Source: Myxococcota bacterium (GTDB lineage: Bacteria; Myxococcota_A; Polyangia; Polyangiales; Sandaracinaceae). From it: a stretch of DNA of 64,000 bases. Within the stretch, counting starts at the first letter, position 1; each line of letters begins with the position of its first letter. The notes below the pieces were generated by a model. That model did not search any database and was not told where the DNA came from. It worked only from the letters and a program-made list of their open reading frames with translations. Made by a program: the position numbers and the translations under genes. Where the stretch lies: contig JAYZQJ010000019.1 of NCBI GenBank assembly GCA_036149055.1, positions 1 through 64,000 of the forward strand, given 5' to 3'. Shown one piece after another: positions 10,909-18,897 of the stretch.

Positions 10909-11799
10909 TCACATGTTGCGGGCCACCTCGATGGCGTCCCACACGCGCGGGCTGGTCTCGTCCGCCTGCGTGATGCTGCGGAGCGCGGCCCGCGCCTCGG
11001 AGGTGCCGATGCGGCCGAGGGCCCAGGCCGCCGCCTGGCGTCCCATCTCCTCGTCGCTGCGGAGCATGGCGTCGAGCGCCGGGACCGCCTCCGGCACACG
11101 GAAGGTGCCGAGGGCGAGCGCCGCGCGGCGCCGGACCTCGAGCGCGTCGTCGGCGAGGAGGCCGATGAGCGAGTCGTGGTCGCGGAAGAAGTTCACGTAG
11201 AGGACCTGCCCGACCGCCGCCTCGCGGACGGCCGCCTCGGAGTCGGTGAACGCCTGCACGATGGCCTCGTTACCCGAGGGCGAGTTGATGCGACCGAGGC
11301 CGCGCACCGCCGCCTCGCGGACGCGGGCGTCGCCGTCGCCGAGCGCGTCGCGGAGGTGCGGCACCCCGTGCGGGTCCATGAACTCACCGATGGCCTCCGC
11401 CGCGCGGGCCCGGCGGACCGGGTCGGCGTCGGTGGCGAGCACGGTGCGGATCTCGCGCATCACGGCGGCGAAGCCGAACGGGCGGCGGCGGAGCCACCAC
11501 GCGCTCATCTCGCGGACCAGCGCGTCGTCGCTCTCGAGGAGCTGGCGCTCGAGCAGCGGCACGCAGGCGTGACACTCCACGCGCTCACCGTACTCGAGCA
11601 GGGTGGCGAGGCGCTCCGGCGAGCCACTCTCGATGGCCTGCATCAGCGCCTCCCGATCCGGCGCCTCGGTGCCGGGGCTCAGCTCACCGCGCGAGCGGTC
11701 GTGACCCCCGGACGAGTCGTTCTCCTGAGCCGCTGCCCCGAGGGGCATGGCCAGCGCGAGGATGGCCGCGGCGAACAAGGCCTTGTTGAAGTACATCAT
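10909..11799 (-). CDS. Secreted HEAT-repeat protein with CxxC (CHAC), 296 aa
   Basis: GGGGAGA RBS before ATG 11799; signal peptide; repeats such as VRRARAAEAIG, VREAAVRGLG, VRRRAALALG. Confidence 0.85.
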   Translation of the reverse strand: MMYFNKALFAAAILALAMPLGAAAQENDSSGGHDRSRGELSPGTEAPDREALMQAIESGSPERLATLLEYGERVECHACVPLLERQLLESDDALVREMSAWWLRRRPFGFAAVMREIRTVLATDADPVRRARAAEAIGEFMDPHGVPHLRDALGDGDARVREAAVRGLGRINSPSGNEAIVQAFTDSEAAVREAAVGQVLYVNFFRDHDSLIGLLADDALEVRRRAALALGTFRVPEAVPALDAMLRSDEEMGRQAAAWALGRIGTSEARAALRSITQADETSPRVWDAIEVARNM

Positions 11800-11828
11800 G
11801 ACGTTCTCCCCGTGATTCCGCGGTTCCA

Positions 11829-14078
11829 TCAGTAGTCCGCCGCGGCCGACCAGTCGTAGCCGCCCTCGACGTTCCATCTCGAGTAGTACTGGCCGCCCAG
11901 GTCGGCCGCCTGGATGAGGATCAGGCGATCCTCGCGCGACACGTCGACGCCCTGGTCCTCCGGGTGGAGGGGCCGGTCGGCCCAGGCGAGGTCGCCGGCG
12001 TCGCCCTCGGCGGTCATGTTCATGACCTCGATGACGCGGCTCGCGCGGGCCTCACCCGGCACGACCCACTCGGGCGGGACGTCGCCGAGGGCCATCGAGT
12101 CGCCCATCATCGCCGACGGGTACATGAGCGAGACGTAGGAGGCGGGGTAGTTGACGACCTCGTCCTCGTAGTAGGCCTCGATGAGGCGGTCGCTCAGGTC
12201 GAGGTAGGGGATCTCGAAGGTGAGCATCTCGCCCTCCATCGTCGTGACCTCGACCGTGTAGAAGCGGCCCGCGTAGGGGTCCATCGCGCCGCCGTCGTGG
12301 CAACCCGCGCAGTTGCGCGTCAGGACGTCCTGCACGTTCTCGCGGCTCGCGGCGCCGTACCAGGGCAGCTCGACGCGATCCGGGATCGCGATGTGCGTGC
12401 TCATGTCGGGGCCGACCTGCTGCGCGATGGTGGTCGCGCCCATGCGGGGCTCGACGGTGTCGGAGCGGGACTCGTGGCAGCCGCCGCAGGTCCGTGTCTC
12501 GCCGGGCATCGCCTGGATCCAGAGCATCTGGTTCCGGATGGAGAGGCCGTAGCGGTCGATGGGCTGCAGGTGGTACGGCAGGTAGGCCGGCACCGCGGCG
12601 CGCCAGGAGCCGTCCTCGTAGATCGGGGTCTCGCCGAGGATGGCGGCGCCCTCGTGCATCGTGAGGCCGAACTGGCCGACCGAGCCGATCTCCGAGGAGA
12701 AGCCCTCGATGATGCGCATCCGGGTGGCCTGCGCGAGCGCCTCGCCGAGCGGGACGCCGTCGAACTGCGCGCCGTTCACGTTCTCGCGGAGCGAGGTGGC
12801 GGTGACGTCGATCGAGCCGATGATGGCCGGCTCGCTCGGGTCCGGGTTCGCGTCGACGGTCGGGGTGATGACCGGCGGCTCGTCGCGCGGGCGAACCGGG
12901 ATCGCGTAGACGTCCCACATGTCCGGGTTGTCGTAGACCAGGGTGCGGCGCTGGGTCTCCGGGTCGAAGAGGTAGATGCCGAAGTTCGGCGCGGTGTCGG
13001 CGAGCTCGTTGCGCTCGTTGACGTCACCGTCGGCCCAGGAGACGAGCAGCAAGCCGTCGCCGATCGAGCGCGGCGTGCGGTAGCGGCCGACGCCGCTGGG
13101 CGGCGAGCCCATGCCGGTCGGGACGTCGGGGGTCAGGTTCGTGAAGCGCGCCTGCTGGACGTCGATGTAGAGGTCGGGGTTGGTCGACGTCTGCGACCGC
13201 GCGTCGACGTGCATCACCGCGCCGGCCTGGATGGTGCCGCGGCGGCTGGTCGCCACGGTGATGAAGGTGCCCGGCTCCCCCGGGACCTCCTGCGCCTGCA
13301 CGATGCTGTTGAAGGACTTGCCGAACTGGCCCGCGATCGCCTGCATGTTGGTGCAGTCCGGGTTCATCCGGAAGAGCTTCACGTCGTTGACCGGCCCGAG
13401 GTGCTCCCAGCGGCTGAAGCCGATGGTGCCGTCCTGGAGCAGGAACGGGGTCGCGGTGTGCGACAGGTTCTGCGAGCAGAGGCGGCGGTCGGCGTCGCCG
13501 GCGGCGATGCTGACGGTCGCGATCTGCGTGACCACGCGGCTGTGGTTGTACTCGTCGGCCCGGGTGCCCATCGGCGTGTAGGGCTCGTTGGTCACGAAGG
13601 CGATGCGGTCGCCCGGCATGAACATCGGCTTGACGTCGTGGTAGTCGCCGAAGGTGATCTGCCGGATGGCGGCGTCGCCCTCGAGGTTGGCGAGGTAGAC
13701 GTGGTAGCGGTTGTCGCCCGCGTGCCGCATCGAGAAGACGACCTGGGTGGCGTCGAAGCTGATGTCGACGCCGTTGATGTCGACCCCCTCGAAGCCGCCC
13801 TCGGCCGTCAGGTCGCGGAGCTCACCGTCCGGGGTGGGCGGCGAGAGCACCATCAGGCCGCCACCGGGCTGGTAGCGGAGGTAGTCGATCGTCTGGCCGT
13901 TGCCGCCCAGCACGTTGTGCGAGCCGTCGTCGCGCTCGAACGCCCGGGAGACGAACACCAGCGCCTCCACGTTCGGCACCACGCTGTCGGTCGGGCCCGA
14001 TCCGCAACCGGCGAGCCCGAAGGCGGCCGTGACGGCCGCCAGCAACGCCGTCCCACCCTTTGAAATCCATCGCATCAT
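11829..14078 (-). CDS. Hydrazine synthase alpha (HzsA)-like dihaem lipoprotein, 749 aa
   Basis: C-terminal part of ORF 11829..15719. GGAGG RBS; lipobox LAGC; propeller blades; ILGETPIYEDGSWRAAVPAYLPYHLQPIDRYGLSI..PGETRTCGGCHE; second motif CAGCHD. Confidence 0.8.
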   Translation of the reverse strand: MMRWISKGGTALLAAVTAAFGLAGCGSGPTDSVVPNVEALVFVSRAFERDDGSHNVLGGNGQTIDYLRYQPGGGLMVLSPPTPDGELRDLTAEGGFEGVDINGVDISFDATQVVFSMRHAGDNRYHVYLANLEGDAAIRQITFGDYHDVKPMFMPGDRIAFVTNEPYTPMGTRADEYNHSRVVTQIATVSIAAGDADRRLCSQNLSHTATPFLLQDGTIGFSRWEHLGPVNDVKLFRMNPDCTNMQAIAGQFGKSFNSIVQAQEVPGEPGTFITVATSRRGTIQAGAVMHVDARSQTSTNPDLYIDVQQARFTNLTPDVPTGMGSPPSGVGRYRTPRSIGDGLLLVSWADGDVNERNELADTAPNFGIYLFDPETQRRTLVYDNPDMWDVYAIPVRPRDEPPVITPTVDANPDPSEPAIIGSIDVTATSLRENVNGAQFDGVPLGEALAQATRMRIIEGFSSEIGSVGQFGLTMHEGAAILGETPIYEDGSWRAAVPAYLPYHLQPIDRYGLSIRNQMLWIQAMPGETRTCGGCHESRSDTVEPRMGATTIAQQVGPDMSTHIAIPDRVELPWYGAASRENVQDVLTRNCAGCHDGGAMDPYAGRFYTVEVTTMEGEMLTFEIPYLDLSDRLIEAYYEDEVVNYPASYVSLMYPSAMMGDSMALGDVPPEWVVPGEARASRVIEVMNMTAEGDAGDLAWADRPLHPEDQGVDVSREDRLILIQAADLGGQYYSRWNVEGGYDWSAAADY

Positions 14079-14113
14079 TCGCGCCTCCAGCACAGGTCCT
14101 CGGCCCCGCACTG

Positions 14114-14129
14114 TGCAGAGATCGATCCA
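14114..14129 (-). promoter_or_regulatory. Possible sigma54 (-24/-12) promoter for the HzsA-like gene
   Basis: TGGATCGATCTCTGCA fits GG-N10-GC, about 36 bp upstream of the ATG; imperfect consensus. Confidence 0.35.
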
Positions 14130-14354
14130 TGGGGTGTGGCGCCACGTTTTGCGGCGAATGGCGGCATTTCGGGCGGTTCTCGGGGTGCCCGGCCCCCTCT
14201 CCATCCGGCGAGATGGGGGCCTCGACCCCCAAAGCGAGCCCGAGGACCGCCGACCTCGGACGGGGAGCACCGAACGCTCCGCCCCGCGGCTCGGTGACGG
14301 CTTCTCCCCCAGGGCTTGCACCGGCCCCGAGGTTGCAGCACTAAAACGGTCAGC

Positions 14355-15683
14355 ATGAACCCGCGCTCCATTCGCCGTTTTGTCCCCGCGCTGGCTGGCG
14401 CGGGCTTCGTGTGGCTCTTCACTCGCCCCGCGCGCGCGGACTGGCTGAGCGATCTGGCCGCGCCGTTCGAGAACGCGCTGGAGTCCGGCAGCTGGGGCCT
14501 CGCGCTGGCCCTGGTCTACGCCGCCGGGTTCGTGACCTCGCTGACGCCCTGCGTGTACCCGATGACGGCCATCACGGTGAGCGTCTTCGGGGCCAGCTCG
14601 GCGAAGACGAAGATGCACGCCGCCGGCCTCTCGACGATGTGGCTGCTGGGCATGGCCTCGCTCTTCGTGCCCCTCGGGTTCCTCGCCGCCTGGGCCGGCC
14701 CGGCGCTGCTGACCAACCCGTGGGTCTGGACCGGCTTCGCGGTCATGCTCTTCGTGCTGTCGCTCGGCATGTTCGGCGCGTTCGAGCTCAGCCTGCCGCC
14801 CTCGGTCCAGAACAAGCTCGCCCAGATGGGCGGCCTCGGCCCGAAGGGGGCCTTCGTGCTCGGCCTGGTGGGCGCGCTCATCGCGAGCCCCTGCACCGGC
14901 CCGGTGCTCGGCGGCCTGCTGACCTGGATCGCCACCACCGGGAACGCGACCTTCGGCGGCCTCGCGCTCTTCGTGTTCGCGTTGGGGGTCGGAACCCTCA
15001 CCTGGACGGTCGGCACCTTCGCGGTCTCGCTGCCGAAGTCGGGCGCCTGGATGGAGTCGGTCAAGAGCGTGCTGGGCATCATCCTGGTCGCGACCGGCCT
15101 CTTCTTCCTGGTGAACAACGCCTTCCCGGCGCTCGGCGACTTCGTGCTCCGGACGCCCACCTGGCTCGGGCTCGGCGCCGGCCTCCTGCTGGTGGGCCTC
15201 GCCATCGGCGCGGTGCACCTGAGCTTCCACGGCGCGAGCAAGGCGACCTTCGCCCGCAAGGCCCTCGGCCTCGCGATGGCGTCGGCGGGCGCGATCTTCC
15301 TCGTCCTCTGGGTCAACGCTCCGCCGGAGGGCGCCGAGATCGCCTGGATGAACGACTACGAGGCCGCGCGCGAGCTGGCGCGGAGCGAGAACAAGCCGCT
15401 GCTCGTCGACTTCGGGGCCAGCTGGTGCGGGGCCTGCGAGGAGCTCGAGCGCCACACCTTCCGCGACCCGCGGGTGGTCGCGGCGGCCGACGGCTTCGTG
15501 CCGGTCCGGGTGGACCTGAGCCCCGGCGAGGACGTCGAGACCGGGCGCCGGATCCTGGCCGAGTACGATCAGCGCGGCCTGCCGCTCGTGGTCCTGCATC
15601 ACTCGGACGGCGAGGAGGCGGGCCGGGTGACGAGCTTCGTCGAGGCGGAACGGATGCTGCAGCTGATGCGTGAGGTACGCTGA
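14355..15683 (+). CDS. dsbD: CcdA/DsbD transmembrane electron transporter fused to C-terminal thioredoxin
   Basis: LTPCVYPM and ASPCTGP membrane cysteines; LVDFGASWCGAC thioredoxin; no N-terminal DsbD-alpha domain seen. Confidence 0.88.
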   Translation: MNPRSIRRFVPALAGAGFVWLFTRPARADWLSDLAAPFENALESGSWGLALALVYAAGFVTSLTPCVYPMTAITVSVFGASSAKTKMHAAGLSTMWLLGMASLFVPLGFLAAWAGPALLTNPWVWTGFAVMLFVLSLGMFGAFELSLPPSVQNKLAQMGGLGPKGAFVLGLVGALIASPCTGPVLGGLLTWIATTGNATFGGLALFVFALGVGTLTWTVGTFAVSLPKSGAWMESVKSVLGIILVATGLFFLVNNAFPALGDFVLRTPTWLGLGAGLLLVGLAIGAVHLSFHGASKATFARKALGLAMASAGAIFLVLWVNAPPEGAEIAWMNDYEAARELARSENKPLLVDFGASWCGACEELERHTFRDPRVVAAADGFVPVRVDLSPGEDVETGRRILAEYDQRGLPLVVLHHSDGEEAGRVTSFVEAERMLQLMREVR

Positions 15684-15717
15684 GCTGGCACACGCCGGCA
15701 CGGGAGAGCCCCTCCGC

Positions 15718-16245
15718 ATGAAGCCCCTCCGCTCGTTCGCTTTCGTCCTGGTCGCGCTCCTGATGCACGGCTGCCCGCCGCCCGATCCGGCGCCGGACGG
15801 GAGCGTGGGCGGAGACGACGCGGGAGGCGATTCCGGCGTCTATGTCGGCGACCCGCGCCTCGAGCTCGGCACCGGAGAGGGCCGCTTCGACACCTTCGAG
15901 GACGGCGAGACCCTCGACCTGGTGAGCGGCTGCCAGGGGGCCCAGCACGTCTGGGTCGCGATGCGCGCGTGGGGCATCGATCGGCGCGGGCCGATCATCG
16001 ACGTGGAGCTGATCCGCGACTCGGACGGCGAGCGGGTCAGCCAGGTGTTCCGGGTGCGGGTGAGCTTCGACGACGTCGGCGAGGAGTACGTCGACGTGTT
16101 CGGCCTGACCCTCGTGGTCCCGGAGCCGGACACCGCGATCGGCGAGGACCTGACGCTGAGAGCCACGGTCACCGACCGGAACGAGACGACGGTCATGGAC
16201 GAGCGCCCCATCCGCATCGAGTGGGGCGAGGGCGGCTGCGGCTGA
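15718..16245 (+). CDS. Hypothetical lipoprotein
   Basis: Lipobox MHGC; LELGTGEGRF..LVSGCQGAQHVWV. Confidence 0.75.
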   Translation: MKPLRSFAFVLVALLMHGCPPPDPAPDGSVGGDDAGGDSGVYVGDPRLELGTGEGRFDTFEDGETLDLVSGCQGAQHVWVAMRAWGIDRRGPIIDVELIRDSDGERVSQVFRVRVSFDDVGEEYVDVFGLTLVVPEPDTAIGEDLTLRATVTDRNETTVMDERPIRIEWGEGGCG

Positions 16246-16286
16246 TGCCCCTGGCGCCGCGGGGACCGGCGCCGTAGAGACCTGCC

Positions 16287-17216
16287 GTGCCCGTCTTTCT
16301 CTACATCCCGTGGTGGAAGCCCGAGCCGGTGCGGATCCCGGTGCCGGACGTCGCGCGGGAGTGGTTCCCGTCGCTCGCCGACCACGTGCCGGTGCACGCC
16401 TTCGGCATGCTCGTGGCGCTGGGGGTCGTCATCGGCGCCTGGGTCGCGGCCGAGAAGGCCAAACGCGACGGCATGCACCCGAGCGTGATGAACGAGCTGG
16501 CCGGCCACATGTTCATCGGCGGCTTCGTGCTCGGCCACGTGCTCGACGCGATCTTCTATCACTGGGACGTCGTCGAGCAGAACCCGTGGTTCCTGCTCGA
16601 GCTGCCGAACGGGCTGTCGAGCTTCGGCGGGTTCGTCGGCGCGGTGGTCGGGGCGCTGATCTGGAAACTCCGCCGCGGCCACTCGATCCTCGCCTTCGGA
16701 GACATGGGCGCCTTCGCCTTCCCCTTCGCGTGGTTCTTCGGCCGCCTCGGCTGCTTCACCGCGCACGACCACCCGGGCCGGGTGACGGACTTCTTCCTGG
16801 GGGTCGAGGGCTACCAGGTGTACGGGGGCACGCCGCCCTGGCAGGTGCGCCACGACCTCGGGCTCTACGAGGTGTTCTGGTGCCTCGCGATGATGCCGCT
16901 CGTGCTCTGGCTCGGGCGGAAGAAGCGGCGGCACGGCTTCTACCTCGCGCTCGTCCCGATCCTCTACGCGCCGGTCCGCTTCGGGCTCGACTTCCTGCGC
17001 GCGACCGACATCCAGACCGCCGACCCGCGCCCGATCGCGGGCCTGACGCCCGGGCACTTCGGCGCGGTGATGCTCCTGCTCGCCGGGCTCGGCGTCGCCG
17101 CCCGGGTGCTGAAGGGGCCGAAGCCGTCCATCGCCGCCGACGCGAGGTGGCCCGAGCCGATCCCGACCCCGGACGCGTCGGACAGCCCGGATGCGCCAGC
17201 GGAGTCGGAAGCCTGA
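16287..17216 (+). CDS. lgt: Prolipoprotein diacylglyceryl transferase
   Basis: GLSSFGGFVG, FFGRLGCF, RHDLGLYE, RFGLDFLR; multiple TM helices. Confidence 0.88.
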   Translation: MPVFLYIPWWKPEPVRIPVPDVAREWFPSLADHVPVHAFGMLVALGVVIGAWVAAEKAKRDGMHPSVMNELAGHMFIGGFVLGHVLDAIFYHWDVVEQNPWFLLELPNGLSSFGGFVGAVVGALIWKLRRGHSILAFGDMGAFAFPFAWFFGRLGCFTAHDHPGRVTDFFLGVEGYQVYGGTPPWQVRHDLGLYEVFWCLAMMPLVLWLGRKKRRHGFYLALVPILYAPVRFGLDFLRATDIQTADPRPIAGLTPGHFGAVMLLLAGLGVAARVLKGPKPSIAADARWPEPIPTPDASDSPDAPAESEA

Positions 17217-17268
17217 ATCTCCGGGGCGGGGGGTGGAAGCGGCCCCGCGTCGCCGTATCTTGTTCTGG

Positions 17269-18588
17269 ATGCTGCGCGCGCGACCGATCGTCGCCACGGT
17301 GCTCCTCTCGGTGGGGGCGCACCTGGCCGTCGCGATCCTGCTGCTCCGCCTCCCGAGCGCGGCCGCGCAGCGCGCCGAGCGTCTCCCGCCCTACGAGGTG
17401 GAGGTCGATCCGGTGGGCCACCCCGAGGGGACGCCGGGCGCGGTGGCCCGAGGGCAGTCGGCGCGGGACCACGATCGGGCGACGCCCGGCGGCGTCCGGA
17501 GCGCCCAGAACATCGACGCGGCCGACCGCGGCGAGGGCGGTGACGCGACCGGCCCGACCGAGGGCATCCTTCTGATGCAGCGGGACGAGGGCATCGTCCT
17601 GTTCGACTCGCCGCTCAACAACCTCGCGGCGATGCAGAGCCAGCGCATCCGGACCGCGCGGGACCGGGCCACCCTCGAGCGACGCCGCGCCACCCCGAGC
17701 CCGCACGACGCCGTCTTCCTCGCCTCGGGCGACGGGCGCCACCGGGAGCGCCGGCCGGTCAGCCGGACGGACGCCGCCGAGGGCGCGCGCCAGGCGCCGA
17801 CCGCCAGCGTCGAGGGCGCCCTGCCCTCCCGGGCCCGGACCGGCGCGGCCGCGGCGGAGCGCGGCGTGGCGGAGGGCGGCAGCCGCCCCCGGGTCCCGGC
17901 GCGCGCGTCGGCGAGCGGCGCCGAGCGGGGCGCCCAGGCGAGCCCCGGCGTCGGCATCCTCGGCGGCCGCGGCGCGCGTCACAGCGAGGCCGCGGACGTC
18001 GCCCACGCTCGGCCGTCCATCGACGAGGGGCCCGCGGCCACGCAGTCGGATCGACAGAGCCCGCGGGTGCGCGACGACGCGAGCTCCGAGCTGCTCGCCG
18101 GCGACCTGATCCAGAGCTGGGTCGAGTCGACGGTGCGCACCGCGCGGCGCGAGGGGAGCGGGAGCGGCGGGACCGGCGGCGGGGGCGCGGCCGGGGTCGG
18201 CGGCGGGCAGCGCGAGGGCGGACGGGCCGCGAGCCACGGGCCCGGCGACGGACGCTACGCCGCGCTCGACACGAGCGACGCGCGCTACCGCCACTGGTTC
18301 ACGCGCAACCGCCGCCGTGTGCACGACGCCTTGCGCTTCCCGCGGGAGCGGGCGCTGGCGATGGACCAGGGCGTCTCGATCTACGACGTGCGGGTGCGCC
18401 GCGACGGAACCCTCGCCCGGGCGCCCCGGCTCGTGCGCTCGAGCGGCTACGACGACCTCGACCGCGCGGCCCTCGCGGCCATCCGGGCGGCCACGCCCTT
18501 CTCTCCCCTGCCCGACGATCTCGCGCCGAGCCTCGATCTGCTGCCCCTGCGCCTCGACATCGAGTTCTCGAACCCGATGGTGCGCTGA
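17269..18588 (+). CDS. TonB-family energy transducer-like protein
   Basis: N-terminal TM with S..AH (LSVGAHL); low-complexity linker; C-terminal FPRERA..VRRDGTL..LVRSSGYDDLDRAALAAIRAATPFSPLP. Confidence 0.8.
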   Translation: MLRARPIVATVLLSVGAHLAVAILLLRLPSAAAQRAERLPPYEVEVDPVGHPEGTPGAVARGQSARDHDRATPGGVRSAQNIDAADRGEGGDATGPTEGILLMQRDEGIVLFDSPLNNLAAMQSQRIRTARDRATLERRRATPSPHDAVFLASGDGRHRERRPVSRTDAAEGARQAPTASVEGALPSRARTGAAAAERGVAEGGSRPRVPARASASGAERGAQASPGVGILGGRGARHSEAADVAHARPSIDEGPAATQSDRQSPRVRDDASSELLAGDLIQSWVESTVRTARREGSGSGGTGGGGAAGVGGGQREGGRAASHGPGDGRYAALDTSDARYRHWFTRNRRRVHDALRFPRERALAMDQGVSIYDVRVRRDGTLARAPRLVRSSGYDDLDRAALAAIRAATPFSPLPDDLAPSLDLLPLRLDIEFSNPMVR

Positions 18589-18612
18589 GCCTCCTCGACC
18601 TACAACCGAGGC

Positions 18613-18897
18613 ATGGACCGCGACGCCCTCCGGCGCTTCGTCGACTCCCCCCACCGCACCTTCCGGTGGAAGGAGCGCGCCGACGACCCCGACCACTACC
18701 GCGCCGTCGAGACCGGCGACGACGGCCTCCGCTGGTACGCGTGGAGCCACCTCCCGGGCGAGGACGGCCCCCACGACGAGGTGCGGCAGACCTTCGAGGA
18801 CTTCGAGGCCAAAGGCCCGCCCTGGGACATCCCGGTGGAGACGCACTCGGCGCTCCACAAGTGGCTGCTCAGCTACCTCCGCGACCGGCGGCGCTGA
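18613..18897 (+). CDS. Hypothetical protein, 94 aa
   Basis: Protein-like composition; fills the gap exactly; TACAAC 6 nt before the ATG. Confidence 0.65.
   Translation: MDRDALRRFVDSPHRTFRWKERADDPDHYRAVETGDDGLRWYAWSHLPGEDGPHDEVRQTFEDFEAKGPPWDIPVETHSALHKWLLSYLRDRRR

Noticed and set aside
7669..14078. Anammox pathway
   Set aside because: Only alpha-like architecture is seen. No hzsB/hzsC or hydrazine dehydrogenase is recognisable, and the gene context is myxobacterial.
14137..14152. Plus-strand TGGC...TTGC as a sigma54 promoter for dsbD
   Set aside because: GG-to-GC spacing is 11 nt rather than the required 10.
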